NCBI GenBank assembly: GCA_046316495.1
Contig: JBKDAM010000148.1
Span: 2,704 to 66,703 of the forward strand
Direction of reading: 5' to 3'
Source: Chitinophagales bacterium
GTDB taxonomy: Bacteria > Bacteroidota > Bacteroidia > Chitinophagales > Saprospiraceae
DNA: 64,000 nucleotides
The position numbers and the translations under genes are program-made. Positions 9,658 through 21,000 of this stretch are shown in pieces; position 1 is the first letter of the stretch, and every line of letters starts with the position of its first letter. Under the pieces are notes generated by a model, which worked only from the letters and a program-made list of their open reading frames with translations, did not search any database and was not told where the DNA came from.

Positions 9658-9706
9658 GAAGGTATATTTTCTCAGGCTCTACCAATGGAGCAATTACCCT
9701 ATTAAT

Positions 9707-11101
9707 ATGAAGCAAACAACTATAAAGGAGGCTGTTTCCGTAAAAGGCGTTGGGTTACATACGGGCAAGCTCGTCACATTGACTATGAAGCCGGCTATAG
9801 CGGGGCACGGCTACCGTTTTCAGCGCATTGACCTCGATGATCAGCCGGTTATTCCTGCAGATGTAAAGTTGGTGATATCGACGAATCGAAGTACTACCCT
9901 CAAAAGTGGGGAGGCGCAGGTTTCTACTGTTGAGCATGTTCTTTCAGCGTTATATGGGATGGGGGTTGACAATGTGCTTTTGGAGATTGATGGCCCTGAA
10001 ATGCCGATTATGGATGGTACTTCTGTTCCATTTGTAGAGGCAATTAAACGAGCCGGAATAGTCGAGTTGGAGCAAGACAGGGAGTATTTTGTCATTACCG
10101 AGCCTATTTCTTATCGCGATGAGGTAACAGGAACTGAGCTTATGGCGCTTCCCGCTGAGCAGTTTGAGGCTACGGTCATGATCGACTTTAATTCTTCTGT
10201 TTTAGTTCCGCAGTTTGCAGCTTTAAGCAATATTAATGATTATGAAGGACAAATTGCTCCTTGCAGGACCTTTGTCTTTTTGCATGAGCTTGAGAAGCTG
10301 CTGGATTTGGGATTGATTAAAGGTGGAGATTTGGACAATGCGATTGTGATTGCTGATCGAAAGATGGAGCAAGAGGAGCTGGATAGTTTATCAAAAAAAA
10401 TGGGCAAACCGTCCATAAAGGTGGATTCGGAGGGTGTGTTGAATACGGTGAAACTTCGTTTTCATAATGAGCCAGCTCGCCATAAGTTATTGGATGTGAT
10501 GGGAGATTTGGCTTTGATCGGAAAGCCAATACTTGGCAAGATCGTTGCGACAAAGCCTGGACATACGGCAAATGTTGAATTTGCCAAACTACTCAAAAAA
10601 CAATTTCTTGAGAAACGTCGTTTAGTAGGGATACCGAAGTACGATCCGGAGAAAGAGCCCGTTTTGGACTTTGCTGGGGTTCAGCAGTTGTTGCCACATC
10701 GATATCCTTTTCTTATGGTAGATAAGGTTATTGAGATTAGCGAGACACACGTTGTAGGAATCAAGAATGTAACCATGAATGAGGGTTTGTTTCAGGGGCA
10801 CTTTCCCGGCAATCCGATTTTTCCTGGGGTTTTACAGATAGAAGCTTTAGCTCAGACAGGAGGCATTTTAGCTTTGTATAATTTGGAAGATAAAGGCGGT
10901 TGGGATACTTATTTTTTAAAAATTGAAAATACCCGTTTTAAGGCTATGGTTCGTCCTGGCGACACCTTAATTCTTAAAATGGAGTTACTAGAGCCAATTC
11001 GACGTGGAATCGTGCATATGCAAGGTACGGCATACGTAGGAAGTAAAATTGTATCTGAGGGTGAGCTAACTGCGCAGATTGTACGCAGAAACAAGGAATA
11101 A
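9707..11101 (+). CDS. lpxC/fabZ: Bifunctional UDP-3-O-acyl-GlcNAc deacetylase / 3-hydroxyacyl-ACP dehydratase
   Basis: The ORF-track start at 9572 overlaps accA. The ATG at 9707 gives MKQTTIKEAVSVKGVGLHTGK, an LpxC N-terminus. The C-terminal third, LPHRYPFLMVDKV...GHFPGNPIFPGVLQIEALAQ, is FabZ. This fusion is typical of Bacteroidota. Confidence 0.9.
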   Translation: MKQTTIKEAVSVKGVGLHTGKLVTLTMKPAIAGHGYRFQRIDLDDQPVIPADVKLVISTNRSTTLKSGEAQVSTVEHVLSALYGMGVDNVLLEIDGPEMPIMDGTSVPFVEAIKRAGIVELEQDREYFVITEPISYRDEVTGTELMALPAEQFEATVMIDFNSSVLVPQFAALSNINDYEGQIAPCRTFVFLHELEKLLDLGLIKGGDLDNAIVIADRKMEQEELDSLSKKMGKPSIKVDSEGVLNTVKLRFHNEPARHKLLDVMGDLALIGKPILGKIVATKPGHTANVEFAKLLKKQFLEKRRLVGIPKYDPEKEPVLDFAGVQQLLPHRYPFLMVDKVIEISETHVVGIKNVTMNEGLFQGHFPGNPIFPGVLQIEALAQTGGILALYNLEDKGGWDTYFLKIENTRFKAMVRPGDTLILKMELLEPIRRGIVHMQGTAYVGSKIVSEGELTAQIVRRNKE

Positions 11102-11107
11102 CGGCGC

Positions 11108-11905
11108 ATGAATATTGCCTCAAACACATTTAGGGATGTACATCCGGGTGCCAAAATTGGCAGCAATGTGCATATAGGCCCATTTACAGTAATTGATGAG
11201 GATGTTGTCATTGGTGACAATTGCCGCATTGGTTCCAATGTTCACATATTTAATGGTGCTCGAATTGGAGATGGGGTCCAAATCTTCCCTTTTTCCAGTA
11301 TTAGTGCTACGCCTCAATCCATCAAAAAGGAGGAGGAGAAAGCCATACTTGAAATTGGCTCTGGGACAATTATTCGAGAGTCTTGTACTATTAATCGAGG
11401 AATACCTCGTTTTGGTGGTAAGACAGTAATTGGTGAGAATGTTTTATTGATGGCTTATGCGCATGTTGCACACGATTGTTTGGTTGGAAGCAATTCTGTA
11501 TTGGCTAACAATGTAACCTTGGCTGGGCATATTGAGGTTGGTAAATATGCTACAATTGGTGGAATGGTTGCTGTTCATCAATTTGTCCGTATTGGTGAGC
11601 AGGTAATGATTGGTGGTGGGTCGCTTGTGCGAAAAGATGTGCCACCTTATGTAACGGCTGCGCGGGATCCCTTATCATACGTTGGTATCAATTCCATTGG
11701 ACTGCGCAGACGAGGTTTTTCAGTGGATGATATGCATCACATTGAGGATATATACCGGATCCTTTTTGTAAGGGGCTATAGTGTTCGAAAAGCCTTGGAA
11801 GTAATTGAAACAAGTTTGCCTCAGACGGATTATGCTCGCCAAATTACCAGCTTTATTCGGAATGCGCAGCGTGGTTTAATGAAAGGATACGGTGGTAAAA
11901 GCTAA
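11108..11905 (+). CDS. lpxA: Acyl-ACP--UDP-N-acetylglucosamine O-acyltransferase
   Basis: 265 aa of hexapeptide-repeat beta-helix sequence with MAYAHVAHDCLVG. It starts 6 nt after lpxC/fabZ. Confidence 0.9.
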   Translation: MNIASNTFRDVHPGAKIGSNVHIGPFTVIDEDVVIGDNCRIGSNVHIFNGARIGDGVQIFPFSSISATPQSIKKEEEKAILEIGSGTIIRESCTINRGIPRFGGKTVIGENVLLMAYAHVAHDCLVGSNSVLANNVTLAGHIEVGKYATIGGMVAVHQFVRIGEQVMIGGGSLVRKDVPPYVTAARDPLSYVGINSIGLRRRGFSVDDMHHIEDIYRILFVRGYSVRKALEVIETSLPQTDYARQITSFIRNAQRGLMKGYGGKS

Positions 11906-11954
11906 ATACAATTAAGATAAATAGTACTTTTGCTTCTAGTAATCCGTTCATCTT

Positions 11955-13961
11955 ATGGCGAAGCAGCAAAAGAAAAATGATCCGCGCCCTGCTCGAGCAG
12001 GTGCCTCCCCTCTTCCACCAGTTTCTGGCAATTCTGTAGTGAATGCGCCCTCTTGGCTATCTTTTTTGATGGTAGCGCTTGGGATATTGCTTTATTCCAA
12101 TACCCTTTGGCACGACTTCACCCTAGATGATTTTGGTGCAATCAAAGAAAACTGGATTGTCAAGGCTGGCTTTAAGCATTGGGATCTACTTTGGAGTACA
12201 GAATATCGGTACGGCTCTTGGGCAAGTCCAGGGTCTTTGTACAGACCGTTGACATTAGCAATGTTCTCTATTGAATGGCAATTAATGCAGGGGCCCATGA
12301 TTGGGCACCTCTTCAATATACTATATTATGGGCTAACTGGTTGGGTATTATGGATTACTTGGCGGAGGATATTATCGGAATACCCTTGGACATTGGCAGC
12401 TGCAACCACTTTGTTGTTTCTAGCACATCCTGTCCATACAGAAGTAGTAGCTAACATAAAAAGTCGGGATGAGATCATCTCCTTGCTGTGCAGTATGTCT
12501 GCGCTTTATTTTCTTTGGAATTATTTTGATTCTGAACGTAAAAAGTGGCTTTATGTCGCAGCAGGAGTTTATGGTTTGGGGATGTTTGCGAAGGAGAGTG
12601 GAATCACCTTTTTAGCGATTTTCCCTTTGACAATTTGGTTTTTTGGCAAGCGTTCTCTTGGGGAGACCATACGGATAAGTGCTTTGTTTTTAGTTCCCGT
12701 AGCTCTTTACTTATTGATTCGCTATAAAGTTCTGAGTGCCCAGCCCTATCAGGAGGTGTATTCAATATTGGACAACTTTATTGTTGGTGCGAAAGATAAG
12801 GCTTCGGAATTGGCATCCGCTTTTATGATGTGTTTATTATACCTAAAGGCGTTGGTTTGGCCTCATCCTCTGGTAAGCGATATGGGTTATCCACAGATGA
12901 AGCCAGTATCGTTTTCTGATTGGAGGGCCATAGTTGGTTTCGGGGTATATGCAGGAATGGGGATTTGGGCGCTTCTAAATATTGGCAAAAGACATCTCCT
13001 TTCATACGCCATTCTTTTCTACTTAATTACCTTCTCCCTCTTCAGCAATGTGCTTATGCTGATTGGCACTTCTTACGGAGAGCGGTTATTGTATGCGCCT
13101 TCTTGGGGATATGCCTTAGGATTAGCGTGGCTTTTGGAAAAAATTGCTGGCAAATTGGAACAAACTAAGGCAGGAAAAACCTCTTCTGCTGCATTTTGGA
13201 CTGTGATTAGTTTAGTTGTAGTTGCATTTGCTTTTAAAACGGTGTCGCGAAATGCAGCATGGAAAGATAGTTATTCTTTGTATGAAGCGGATTATCCCAC
13301 CTCTCCCAACTGTGCTAAATTGAATTATCATAGAGCATTGGAAATCAACAACAACGGAATGGATGAGGATAAGAATAATGTTATTAATCCCAAGATGATT
13401 GAAGACGCTATAAAAGCGTATAATCGCACGATAGAGTTGTATCCAGAGTACCATGATGCTTATGGTAGCCGGGGGCTGGCCTACTTCCGCTTGCAACAAT
13501 ACGAAAATGCGTTTAAGGACTATCAAGTAGCACTCAAGTACCGCCCTAACGATGCAAAAGTGCTCTCCAATATGGGGTATATTTATTTTTTAAGAGCGCA
13601 GCGGCCGGGCAACCAGCTCGCCTTAACGGAGTTGGATTCTGCTGAAAACGTATATAGGCGAGCTATTCAGTTCGACCCAAGGTTTGTGGATGCACGGCGC
13701 AATTTAGGTGCTGTTCTTGCAATGAAAAGGCAGTTTCCCAAAGCAATTATAGAATGGAAGGAAGGATTGAAGTACGAACCCAATAGTGCGATTTTACATT
13801 TTTACGTTGGGGCGGCCAACTGTGACATGGGGGATCCTGTGAATGCTACACCTTGGATGGAAAAGGCTAGACAGCTCGACTCAAAGCTTGGTCCTCAGAT
13901 CGACCAAAAGATGGCAGAAGGAAGAGCAAATGCTCAAAAATTAAGTCCACCCGGGAAATAA
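11955..13961 (+). CDS. Polytopic membrane protein with C-terminal TPR repeats (TMTC/DUF1736-like, possible GT-C glycosyltransferase)
   Basis: 668 aa. The N-terminal 430 aa or so contain many hydrophobic helices. TPR-like repeats follow (AIKAYNRTIELYPEYHDAYGSRGLAYF, YRRAIQFDPRFVDARRNLG, IIEWKEGLKYEPNSAILHFYVG). Confidence 0.55.
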   Translation: MAKQQKKNDPRPARAGASPLPPVSGNSVVNAPSWLSFLMVALGILLYSNTLWHDFTLDDFGAIKENWIVKAGFKHWDLLWSTEYRYGSWASPGSLYRPLTLAMFSIEWQLMQGPMIGHLFNILYYGLTGWVLWITWRRILSEYPWTLAAATTLLFLAHPVHTEVVANIKSRDEIISLLCSMSALYFLWNYFDSERKKWLYVAAGVYGLGMFAKESGITFLAIFPLTIWFFGKRSLGETIRISALFLVPVALYLLIRYKVLSAQPYQEVYSILDNFIVGAKDKASELASAFMMCLLYLKALVWPHPLVSDMGYPQMKPVSFSDWRAIVGFGVYAGMGIWALLNIGKRHLLSYAILFYLITFSLFSNVLMLIGTSYGERLLYAPSWGYALGLAWLLEKIAGKLEQTKAGKTSSAAFWTVISLVVVAFAFKTVSRNAAWKDSYSLYEADYPTSPNCAKLNYHRALEINNNGMDEDKNNVINPKMIEDAIKAYNRTIELYPEYHDAYGSRGLAYFRLQQYENAFKDYQVALKYRPNDAKVLSNMGYIYFLRAQRPGNQLALTELDSAENVYRRAIQFDPRFVDARRNLGAVLAMKRQFPKAIIEWKEGLKYEPNSAILHFYVGAANCDMGDPVNATPWMEKARQLDSKLGPQIDQKMAEGRANAQKLSPPGK

Positions 13962-14045
13962 GTCAGGTACACTGAACCGTATTGATCGCGGTGTTTCTTA
14001 ATAGTTATAGTATTATTTAACGGTAAAAAGAAAAAACAATCAGGG

Positions 14046-14606
14046 GTGAAATATTTAATAACAGGCCTTGGAAATGTGGGCTATGAATACGATCAGACAC
14101 GTCACAATATTGGTTTTGCGGTGGTTGACCTTATTTGCACCTCTCTTGACGGCAAGTGGCGGCAAGACACTCATGGCGATTTGGCAGAAGTTCGATACAA
14201 AGGCAGGACTGTAATTTTGTTGAAGCCCAATACTTATATGAACTTGAGTGGGAAAGCGGTTCGTTATTGGATGCAAAAGGAGAAAGTTCCGATTGAAAAT
14301 GTATTGGTCATTACAGATGATCTAAACCTACCATTTGGGAAATTGAGACTAAGACCTAACGGTTCAGATGGAGGCCATAATGGGCTAAAGAGTGTTCAGG
14401 AGCTGCTGGGAGAAACGAATTATCCGAGGTTGAGAATGGGTATTGGGAATACGTTTTCAAAGGGGAAGCAGGTGAATTTTGTTTTAGGTAAATGGTCAGA
14501 GGATGAAAAAGCGGAGTTGTCGTTCATCTTGGAAAAAGCGAGTGAAGCGGTTAAGGCCTATGTTGCGATTGGCATTGATCGCGCGATGAACTTGTATAAT
14601 AAATAA
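14046..14606 (+). CDS. pth: Peptidyl-tRNA hydrolase
   Basis: 186 aa with a GTG start. Motifs LITGLGNVGYEYDQTRHNIGF and GGHNGLKS are present. Confidence 0.9.
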   Translation: MKYLITGLGNVGYEYDQTRHNIGFAVVDLICTSLDGKWRQDTHGDLAEVRYKGRTVILLKPNTYMNLSGKAVRYWMQKEKVPIENVLVITDDLNLPFGKLRLRPNGSDGGHNGLKSVQELLGETNYPRLRMGIGNTFSKGKQVNFVLGKWSEDEKAELSFILEKASEAVKAYVAIGIDRAMNLYNK

Positions 14607-14698
14607 AGCTATTAAAAGGTGCTGCTACTTTCCTCTTTACTTGGAGTGCAAACTAGCTTTTATACCGTTCTTTAATGGTCGTAAAGTGCCCTCTACTT

Positions 14699-16672
14699 AT
14701 GCGTTTTCTCATAGTTTTTTGTGTTTTGATGCTTTCTAGTTATTCCCTTTTTTCGCAACTGCGTCTTTCTAAGGTGTTTGCAGATCAGATGGTATTACAA
14801 AGAGGAAAGCCAATTCCGGTATGGGGCTGGGGTATTCCGGGGGAGGTCGTGAGCGTTTCTCTTGAATTAGATCGTCAAGAGGTTACAGTGGATCCAACCG
14901 GCAAGTGGAAGTTAGAGTTGCCAACGAGGGGGGCTGGTGGCCCTTATGTTTTTGAAGTGAGGAGTGGGCTTGAGACCATTGTTTTTCGAGATGTTTGGGT
15001 GGGAGAAGTATGGCTGTGTTCTGGGCAGTCCAACATGGAGTGGGAGGTTCGTTTGGCAGAAAACCCTGGCTTTGAACGGCAGAATGCAAGAGACTCATTG
15101 ATTCGGCACATTAAATTAGATACTAAAGTAAGTCTATATCCTGTTGAGGAGTTGGCGACGCCCCGGACTGGCTGGGAGGTATGCACTCCAAGTTCGGTGG
15201 GTACGTTTTCTGCAGTGGGATATTTTTTTGCAAAAAAACTTAGAGAGAATTTTGGGCCAGGTGTTGCTATCGGATTAATAAACAATACATGGGGAGGGTC
15301 TCATATTGAGGCCTGGATTAGCAAGGAGGGCTTATCAAGTTTGGACAATTTTCGTGCTTATTTGGAGCGCTACCCTACTGATTGGACTCAGGCGCATTCC
15401 ATGTTAAAGTCGCAATTATTGAAGTGGACCTTGGGGGATGCTGAGTTACTTGATCATTTAGATGAAACGGTTTATTATTCGGAAGGTTTTGATTTTTCCA
15501 CATGGAAAGCCGCAACAGCTCCTGGTGCATGGGATTGGCAGGGGGTTTGGGCTTATCGTGGTAAGGGTTTTATGGCCAAAAAGCTGGAGGTTCCATCATT
15601 TGTTTCGGGTGCTCCCGCCCTTTTGCGATTAGGCGAACACGAAGTGCCTGTTTCCTGCTGGATCAACGGTCGGTCCATGCTCGTTTCCATGATCGGAAAA
15701 GAGGCTTTGGTGGAGGTTCCTGCGGGTGTATTAAGAGAGGGCAGTAATTTTCTTGTTGTGCTTGTATCTCCACAATCGGGGCCAAAGCATTGGGGTGTTG
15801 GACTATTTGGGGATGAAAGTAATTTACGTGTTGAGTGGGAGGACTATTCGATTTCATTGGTTGGTGAAGACTGGCGGAAGATGCCCTCTTGGGCTTCCCC
15901 GCATTATATTGAAACGCTGCAGAACAATGTTGCTTGTGGTTTATTTAATGGGATGGTAGCCCCTTTGGCCCCCTATGCGGTTGCTGGGGTTTTATGGTAC
16001 CAGGGTGAGTCTAATGCGGAGAGGGCATCCGACTATACGACTACCTTTCCGTTATTAATTAAAGATTGGCGGAGTGCTTGGGGAGAGGCGGAACTTCCGT
16101 TTTATTTTGTCCAGCTTTCGTCATTTGGGAAAAATAGGTCCTCAAATGAGGGAAGTTCTTGGGCTGAGTTAAGGGAGGCTCAGCAAAAGGCCCTTGCTTT
16201 GCCTAATACAGGTATGGCAGTTACACTGGATATTGGGGATGCATTAGATATTCATCCGAGAAACAAGCAGGAAGTAGGAAGGCGGTTAGCCTTAATCGCC
16301 TTGGCAAAATCATATGGGTTCCAAATTGATCATGAATCACCCCGACTTAAAGACTTTAATGTAAAAGAAACGAGCGTCCTACTTACTTTTGATGGTGTTG
16401 GGAGTGGCCTATATGCCAAGGATAAATTTGGGTATTTCAGGGGGTTTGAGGTAGCTGGTCCAGATCGTGTTTTTCATTTTGCACAAGCACAGTTAGTAAC
16501 CAAAGACCAGATAGAGGTTTATCATCCGCTTGGGATGATGCCGGTAGCGGTTCGGTATGCTTGGTCTGATGCTCCGGTGGATGCAAACGTGTATAATGGT
16601 TTTGGGCTTCCACTAGGAACATTTCGAACAGATGATTGGAGGGGCATTACCGTTGGTCGTCATTTTGAGTAG
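14699..16672 (+). CDS. Sialate O-acetylesterase-like carbohydrate esterase (SGNH/SASA family)
   Basis: It has the WLCSGQSNMEW catalytic-Ser block and a second WYQGESN block. The ATG at 14699 gives a signal peptide, MRFLIVFCVLMLSSYSLFSQ. The ORF track starts at 14675. Confidence 0.75.
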   Translation: MRFLIVFCVLMLSSYSLFSQLRLSKVFADQMVLQRGKPIPVWGWGIPGEVVSVSLELDRQEVTVDPTGKWKLELPTRGAGGPYVFEVRSGLETIVFRDVWVGEVWLCSGQSNMEWEVRLAENPGFERQNARDSLIRHIKLDTKVSLYPVEELATPRTGWEVCTPSSVGTFSAVGYFFAKKLRENFGPGVAIGLINNTWGGSHIEAWISKEGLSSLDNFRAYLERYPTDWTQAHSMLKSQLLKWTLGDAELLDHLDETVYYSEGFDFSTWKAATAPGAWDWQGVWAYRGKGFMAKKLEVPSFVSGAPALLRLGEHEVPVSCWINGRSMLVSMIGKEALVEVPAGVLREGSNFLVVLVSPQSGPKHWGVGLFGDESNLRVEWEDYSISLVGEDWRKMPSWASPHYIETLQNNVACGLFNGMVAPLAPYAVAGVLWYQGESNAERASDYTTTFPLLIKDWRSAWGEAELPFYFVQLSSFGKNRSSNEGSSWAELREAQQKALALPNTGMAVTLDIGDALDIHPRNKQEVGRRLALIALAKSYGFQIDHESPRLKDFNVKETSVLLTFDGVGSGLYAKDKFGYFRGFEVAGPDRVFHFAQAQLVTKDQIEVYHPLGMMPVAVRYAWSDAPVDANVYNGFGLPLGTFRTDDWRGITVGRHFE

Positions 16673-16680
16673 CTAAATTA

Positions 16681-17790
16681 CTAAAGGATTGTGCCACCGA
16701 TTAGGTATCCAATTCCATACGTAATAGCAGATGCTGCCAGGCCAAACAGTACTTGACGAGCTCCTGAAAACCAAATAGAGAGGCCAGTGAAGAGGGAAGT
16801 CGCGCTTCCTAAAAGGAATAGACCCAGCACACTGCTAGTGACACTACTGAAGAGGGCTGTTTTTCCTGAAAAAAAGAAAAACGGAAGCACTGGGATGATG
16901 GCTCCAATCGCGAAAAGTAAAAAAGAGGTAAAGGCTGCCTCCCATGCTGAACCGCCAAGTTCTGTCTTGTCGAGCCCAAGCTCTTCGCGAACAAGGGTGT
17001 CCAATGCATTTTCTTTATCTCCAATAATTTGCTTTGCCATTGTAGCGGCTTGTTCGGGATCCATCCCTTTTGCTCTATAAATGAGCGAAAGCTCTAACTC
17101 TTCTAGTTCAGGTGTTGCCTCCAGCTCTTCTGCCTCCAGCTGAATCTGCTTCAAGTAGAGCTCTCTTGAGTTTTGGACAGATAACCACTCTCCCAGAGCC
17201 ATAGAAAATGCTCCAGCAAGCAACCCTGCTATTCCTGTTAACAAGATGGTATCATTATTGGCAGCAGCACCGGCAATTCCCATGACCAAACTGGAGTTAG
17301 AGATTAAACCATCGTTGGCACCTAGGACAGCGGCTCTAAGTGCATTACCTCCTACCGATTTATGCCTGCCCTCCATTTTCGACAGGAAGGTACCGCTCAC
17401 GTTGGCCTTTGTATGTGCTGCTAGTGACTCCACTATTCGGAGATGGTTGTGCTCCATACCGGAGGGAGCAACGCCAATCTCTCTTTTTTTATGAATGGTT
17501 TCACGTGCAATTTGCCGTTCAATAGAGCTTAAATTGGCGATTAAGAAATCGTATCCAAAAATCTTGCCTAGGCTAAACTGCAGTTTGGCTCTGCGGCTAG
17601 GGCCCGGCATTTTGAAGTCGGGGATTGACTCCCGAACTCGTTCCAAGGCGTGTTCAGCGTGATGGTACTCAATTTTTGACAATGCTTGCAAGACTTCTGC
17701 CGTTGATGGATCATCCTGGATACTCGATAGGCTTTGATAGAGCCAGGCGGTATCTACTTCTAATTGGAGTTGATCAATTTGCTTTTTCAT
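16681..17790 (-). CDS. VIT1/CCC1-family metal (Fe/Mn) transporter with N-terminal ferritin-like domain
   Basis: 369 aa. It has the GANDGLISNSSLVMGIAGA motif and C-terminal hydrophobic helices. The N-terminal region of about 150 aa is helical and carries EYHHAEH-type ligands. Confidence 0.8.
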   Translation of the reverse strand: MKKQIDQLQLEVDTAWLYQSLSSIQDDPSTAEVLQALSKIEYHHAEHALERVRESIPDFKMPGPSRRAKLQFSLGKIFGYDFLIANLSSIERQIARETIHKKREIGVAPSGMEHNHLRIVESLAAHTKANVSGTFLSKMEGRHKSVGGNALRAAVLGANDGLISNSSLVMGIAGAAANNDTILLTGIAGLLAGAFSMALGEWLSVQNSRELYLKQIQLEAEELEATPELEELELSLIYRAKGMDPEQAATMAKQIIGDKENALDTLVREELGLDKTELGGSAWEAAFTSFLLFAIGAIIPVLPFFFFSGKTALFSSVTSSVLGLFLLGSATSLFTGLSIWFSGARQVLFGLAASAITYGIGYLIGGTIL

Positions 17791-18042
17791 AACAAGCCTG
17801 ATTGTGATGGTTTAATTAGTTAATTGCAATAAGGGAAAGTAAAGATAGAAAACTTAAGACTTGTTTATGAAATGAATAATTTGATTAAAGTCCAAGGTAG
17901 TCGTATTTCTTTGCCTGCAAAGGTGTAAGTCTTAATAGAGAATTTTAGTGACAACCTCATTTATGGTGGAAACATCTTAAATTTACCAGCCTATTGATAG
18001 TGCTCTTACCGATTCATTTTTAACTCATACTTAATAAAAGAT

Positions 18043-21000
18043 ATGCGTGGATTGCCATTTTTTATTCTGTTGGCTTGTTTTCAGATAATACAGGCACAGC
18101 CTTGTTTGTATTTGGCATACGAGCCGTTTAGCTACTCGGAGAGCCAGCCATTAAATAATTTAGGAGGGGGCTCTGGGTGGTGGAGTCCTTGGGATGTACA
18201 GGGGGGGAATAGTATTTTGCCTGGTTATGGCACCTATTCTGGTTCTCTTTCCTTTGAAACCCTTCAGGTTGCTGAGGGGCATGTTGGTGGTGGATATGGG
18301 TATTTAACAGCTGGTCGCCGATTTGATTTATCCTCTTCGGGGCCGTTTCATGAATACACTGAAAATGGTGGAGGGATTGGTTCTTCTAAAATGGGAACTG
18401 TTTATATGAGTGGTATTATGAGAAAGCTTAAAGACAATCAGGAGAGTCTATTTTTCAGTTTGCATGGAGAGCAGATTCCTTGGTATGTGAACAACCCAAA
18501 TCCACATCTAGAGATTGGGTATTTTGGATCGGCGTCTGAAATGAATGGGATAAAATATTGGTGTATTCGGATTGATGGAAACATTTTTAAGACAACTGTT
18601 CCGATCGAACTAAATGAGGATGCCTTGCTGGTTATTCAATTAGAGTTTGGTCCTTCTGGAACAACTGTACACTACTGGGTTAACCCAAGTGACATTGGGG
18701 GCGGCCAGGTTCCATCTCCTTTGTTTTCACAATTTTTTAACGAATTTTATTCTATTCGATCGCTTGGGATGTATCTGGGTAGTTCACCAGAGAATGGGCT
18801 TGCGGACGAGCTACGGTTGGCGGGAAGCTTCGAGTGCGTTGTTCCCGACATGAATACTCTTATTAATCTACCCCCGATAGCATCGATTATAACTAGCGCC
18901 TCCTCTGGGGCTGCTCCATTTTTTGTAGAACTTGATGGGTCGGCCTCTTTTGATCCAGAAGGAGGAGCATTGACCTATCGATGGGATTTTGGAGATGGAT
19001 TAGAAGCTGATACGGGTAAGGTAGTGGAGCATACGTACCAAGCGTTAGGGGTTTTACAAGTTATACTAACCGTTACAGATCCCGAAGGTTTACAACAGAA
19101 AGCATATTACCCACTTAAGGTATTGGATGAGTATGGGGGCTTTCCTTGTCAGTCAAAATTTACGGTATTGAATATGGCAGAGTGCGGAATGCCCACTGGT
19201 CATGTTAAAGTTGGGGTGGGTAATGATGTTACATTTCAGGTCTATTCGCCTCTGGGTAGTTTATTAACAGCGAACCCTCCGACGGAATATACAGGTCTGT
19301 TACCGGGAATTTATGAGTATACCGCTATCGGAAGTAATGGCTGCAGAGATACTTTTTTTTGGCATATTGAGGTGGATAGCACAGCATGTGAGACTTGGGA
19401 GGCGCCTGAGTGCAAGATGGCGATTGGGACCAATTTGGGCGGCTTGGCCGATTGGAGTTTTGAGCGACCCTTTCGAAATTTAATGAAGCATGTTCGTTCT
19501 CGGCCAATTCCATTCACTAATGATTGTTTTTGCTGGGCAATTGATAGTTTAGTGGAAGAAATAGTATTTGATCCAAGTGGATATCCATCCAAGATACCAC
19601 AGGTAACAAGCGCGGGTGAAAGTTATCTTCGATATGTCATTTCCAGCGGCGGTGGAAACCTTCGCCCAGGTTACACCTACTTATTGCTTTACGATGGACA
19701 AGGGACTTTATTGCTTCAAGGATCTGTCAACGTTTTAAGTAGTTCTGTTGGGCGAATTGCATTTACGGTCACTGCACCTGAGAACATCTGGTTTAACTTA
19801 ACGTATTCATCAGCGATAGATCCGGTCAGAAACATTCGCCTAATAAGGTTGGAGGATGAGTTCATCGATTTGAATGACTTTCCATTTTATGAAGGTTTTT
19901 TGGAAAAAATCGCTCCATTTAAGATGCTACGGTTTATGGATTGGGGGGCCACTAACAACAATAACATAGTAACCTGGGAAGCTCGAAAGGATACTAGCTG
20001 GTATACGTACTCCGGCTCTACGGGAGTACCCTATGAAATGATGATTCGATTGGCCAACTTGACAAAAAAAGATGTTTGGATTTGCGTGCCCCATGCTGCT
20101 GATGATCATTTTGTAAGGCAAATGGCGGGCTTGTTTAAGGAATATTTAGACCCTTCGCTTACCATTTACTTAGAGTACAGTAATGAAGTTTGGAACTGGA
20201 TATTTGCTCAAGCAGCCTACAACGATCTGAATCGACCCTCTAATTTAAACTATGCAAGGGCATATTCGGAAAAAGCGCGACGCGTTTTTAACTTGTGGTT
20301 GGATGAGTTTGGCGCTGAACAAAAAAGGATTAAGCGAGTATTGGGGATTCAAACGCTTTATAACACCTTAAATGAGGATATTTTGGGGCAATTGGATCAA
20401 GAGAGCTGGGATATTGGTGCTGCGACTCACTATTTCGGTTTGAATCACTCGGGAGGGGGCAATCCGGTTCTTCATGCCGGCTCTACCTTGTCAGAGGTAT
20501 TAGAAAATGCGAAAAACGAATGGTTTAGTACTATTCCTAATTTAAGAAGAGATTATAATCAGATCAAGTTGTTTGGCAAGCCAATTGTCACTTATGAAGG
20601 AGGGCAGCATTTTGTTGGGAATGTATTTGGGGTACCCTATAGTTATCAGGAGGCTATGTGGGAAGCTCAATATGCACCAGGCATGTATGATTTGTATGAT
20701 ATGGTTCTTGATAGTATTCGTAACTGGGGGTGTTCGCTTGCTGGAAATTTTAGTTTGGCTGGTAAACAGGAAAGTGTTTATGGTTCTTGGGGGGTCCTAA
20801 GTGATATTGATCAAGATCCGCCCTATTTTTCCACGGCACCCAAGTACCAAGTACTGTTGGATAATATCTCGGAGATTATGGCCCCAACAGCTTCTTTTAG
20901 CATAGAAATAAATGGGCTTGAAGTGCATTTTGAGAACTTAAGTACCGGTGGGGAACAGTATAAATGGGATTTTGGGGATGGAACTTTTTCTGAATTGATG

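Noticed and set aside
9572-9706. N-terminal extension of lpxC/fabZ given by the ORF track
   Set aside because: The extension overlaps the last 86 nt of accA and translates to an Arg/Gln/Ser-rich sequence. The ATG at 9707 reproduces the canonical LpxC N-terminus.
8644-11905. Absence of lpxD from the accA-lpxC/fabZ-lpxA cluster as an anomaly
   Set aside because: Gene order around lpxC/fabZ-lpxA varies between lineages, and lpxD can sit elsewhere. Nothing in the sequence suggests loss or decay.
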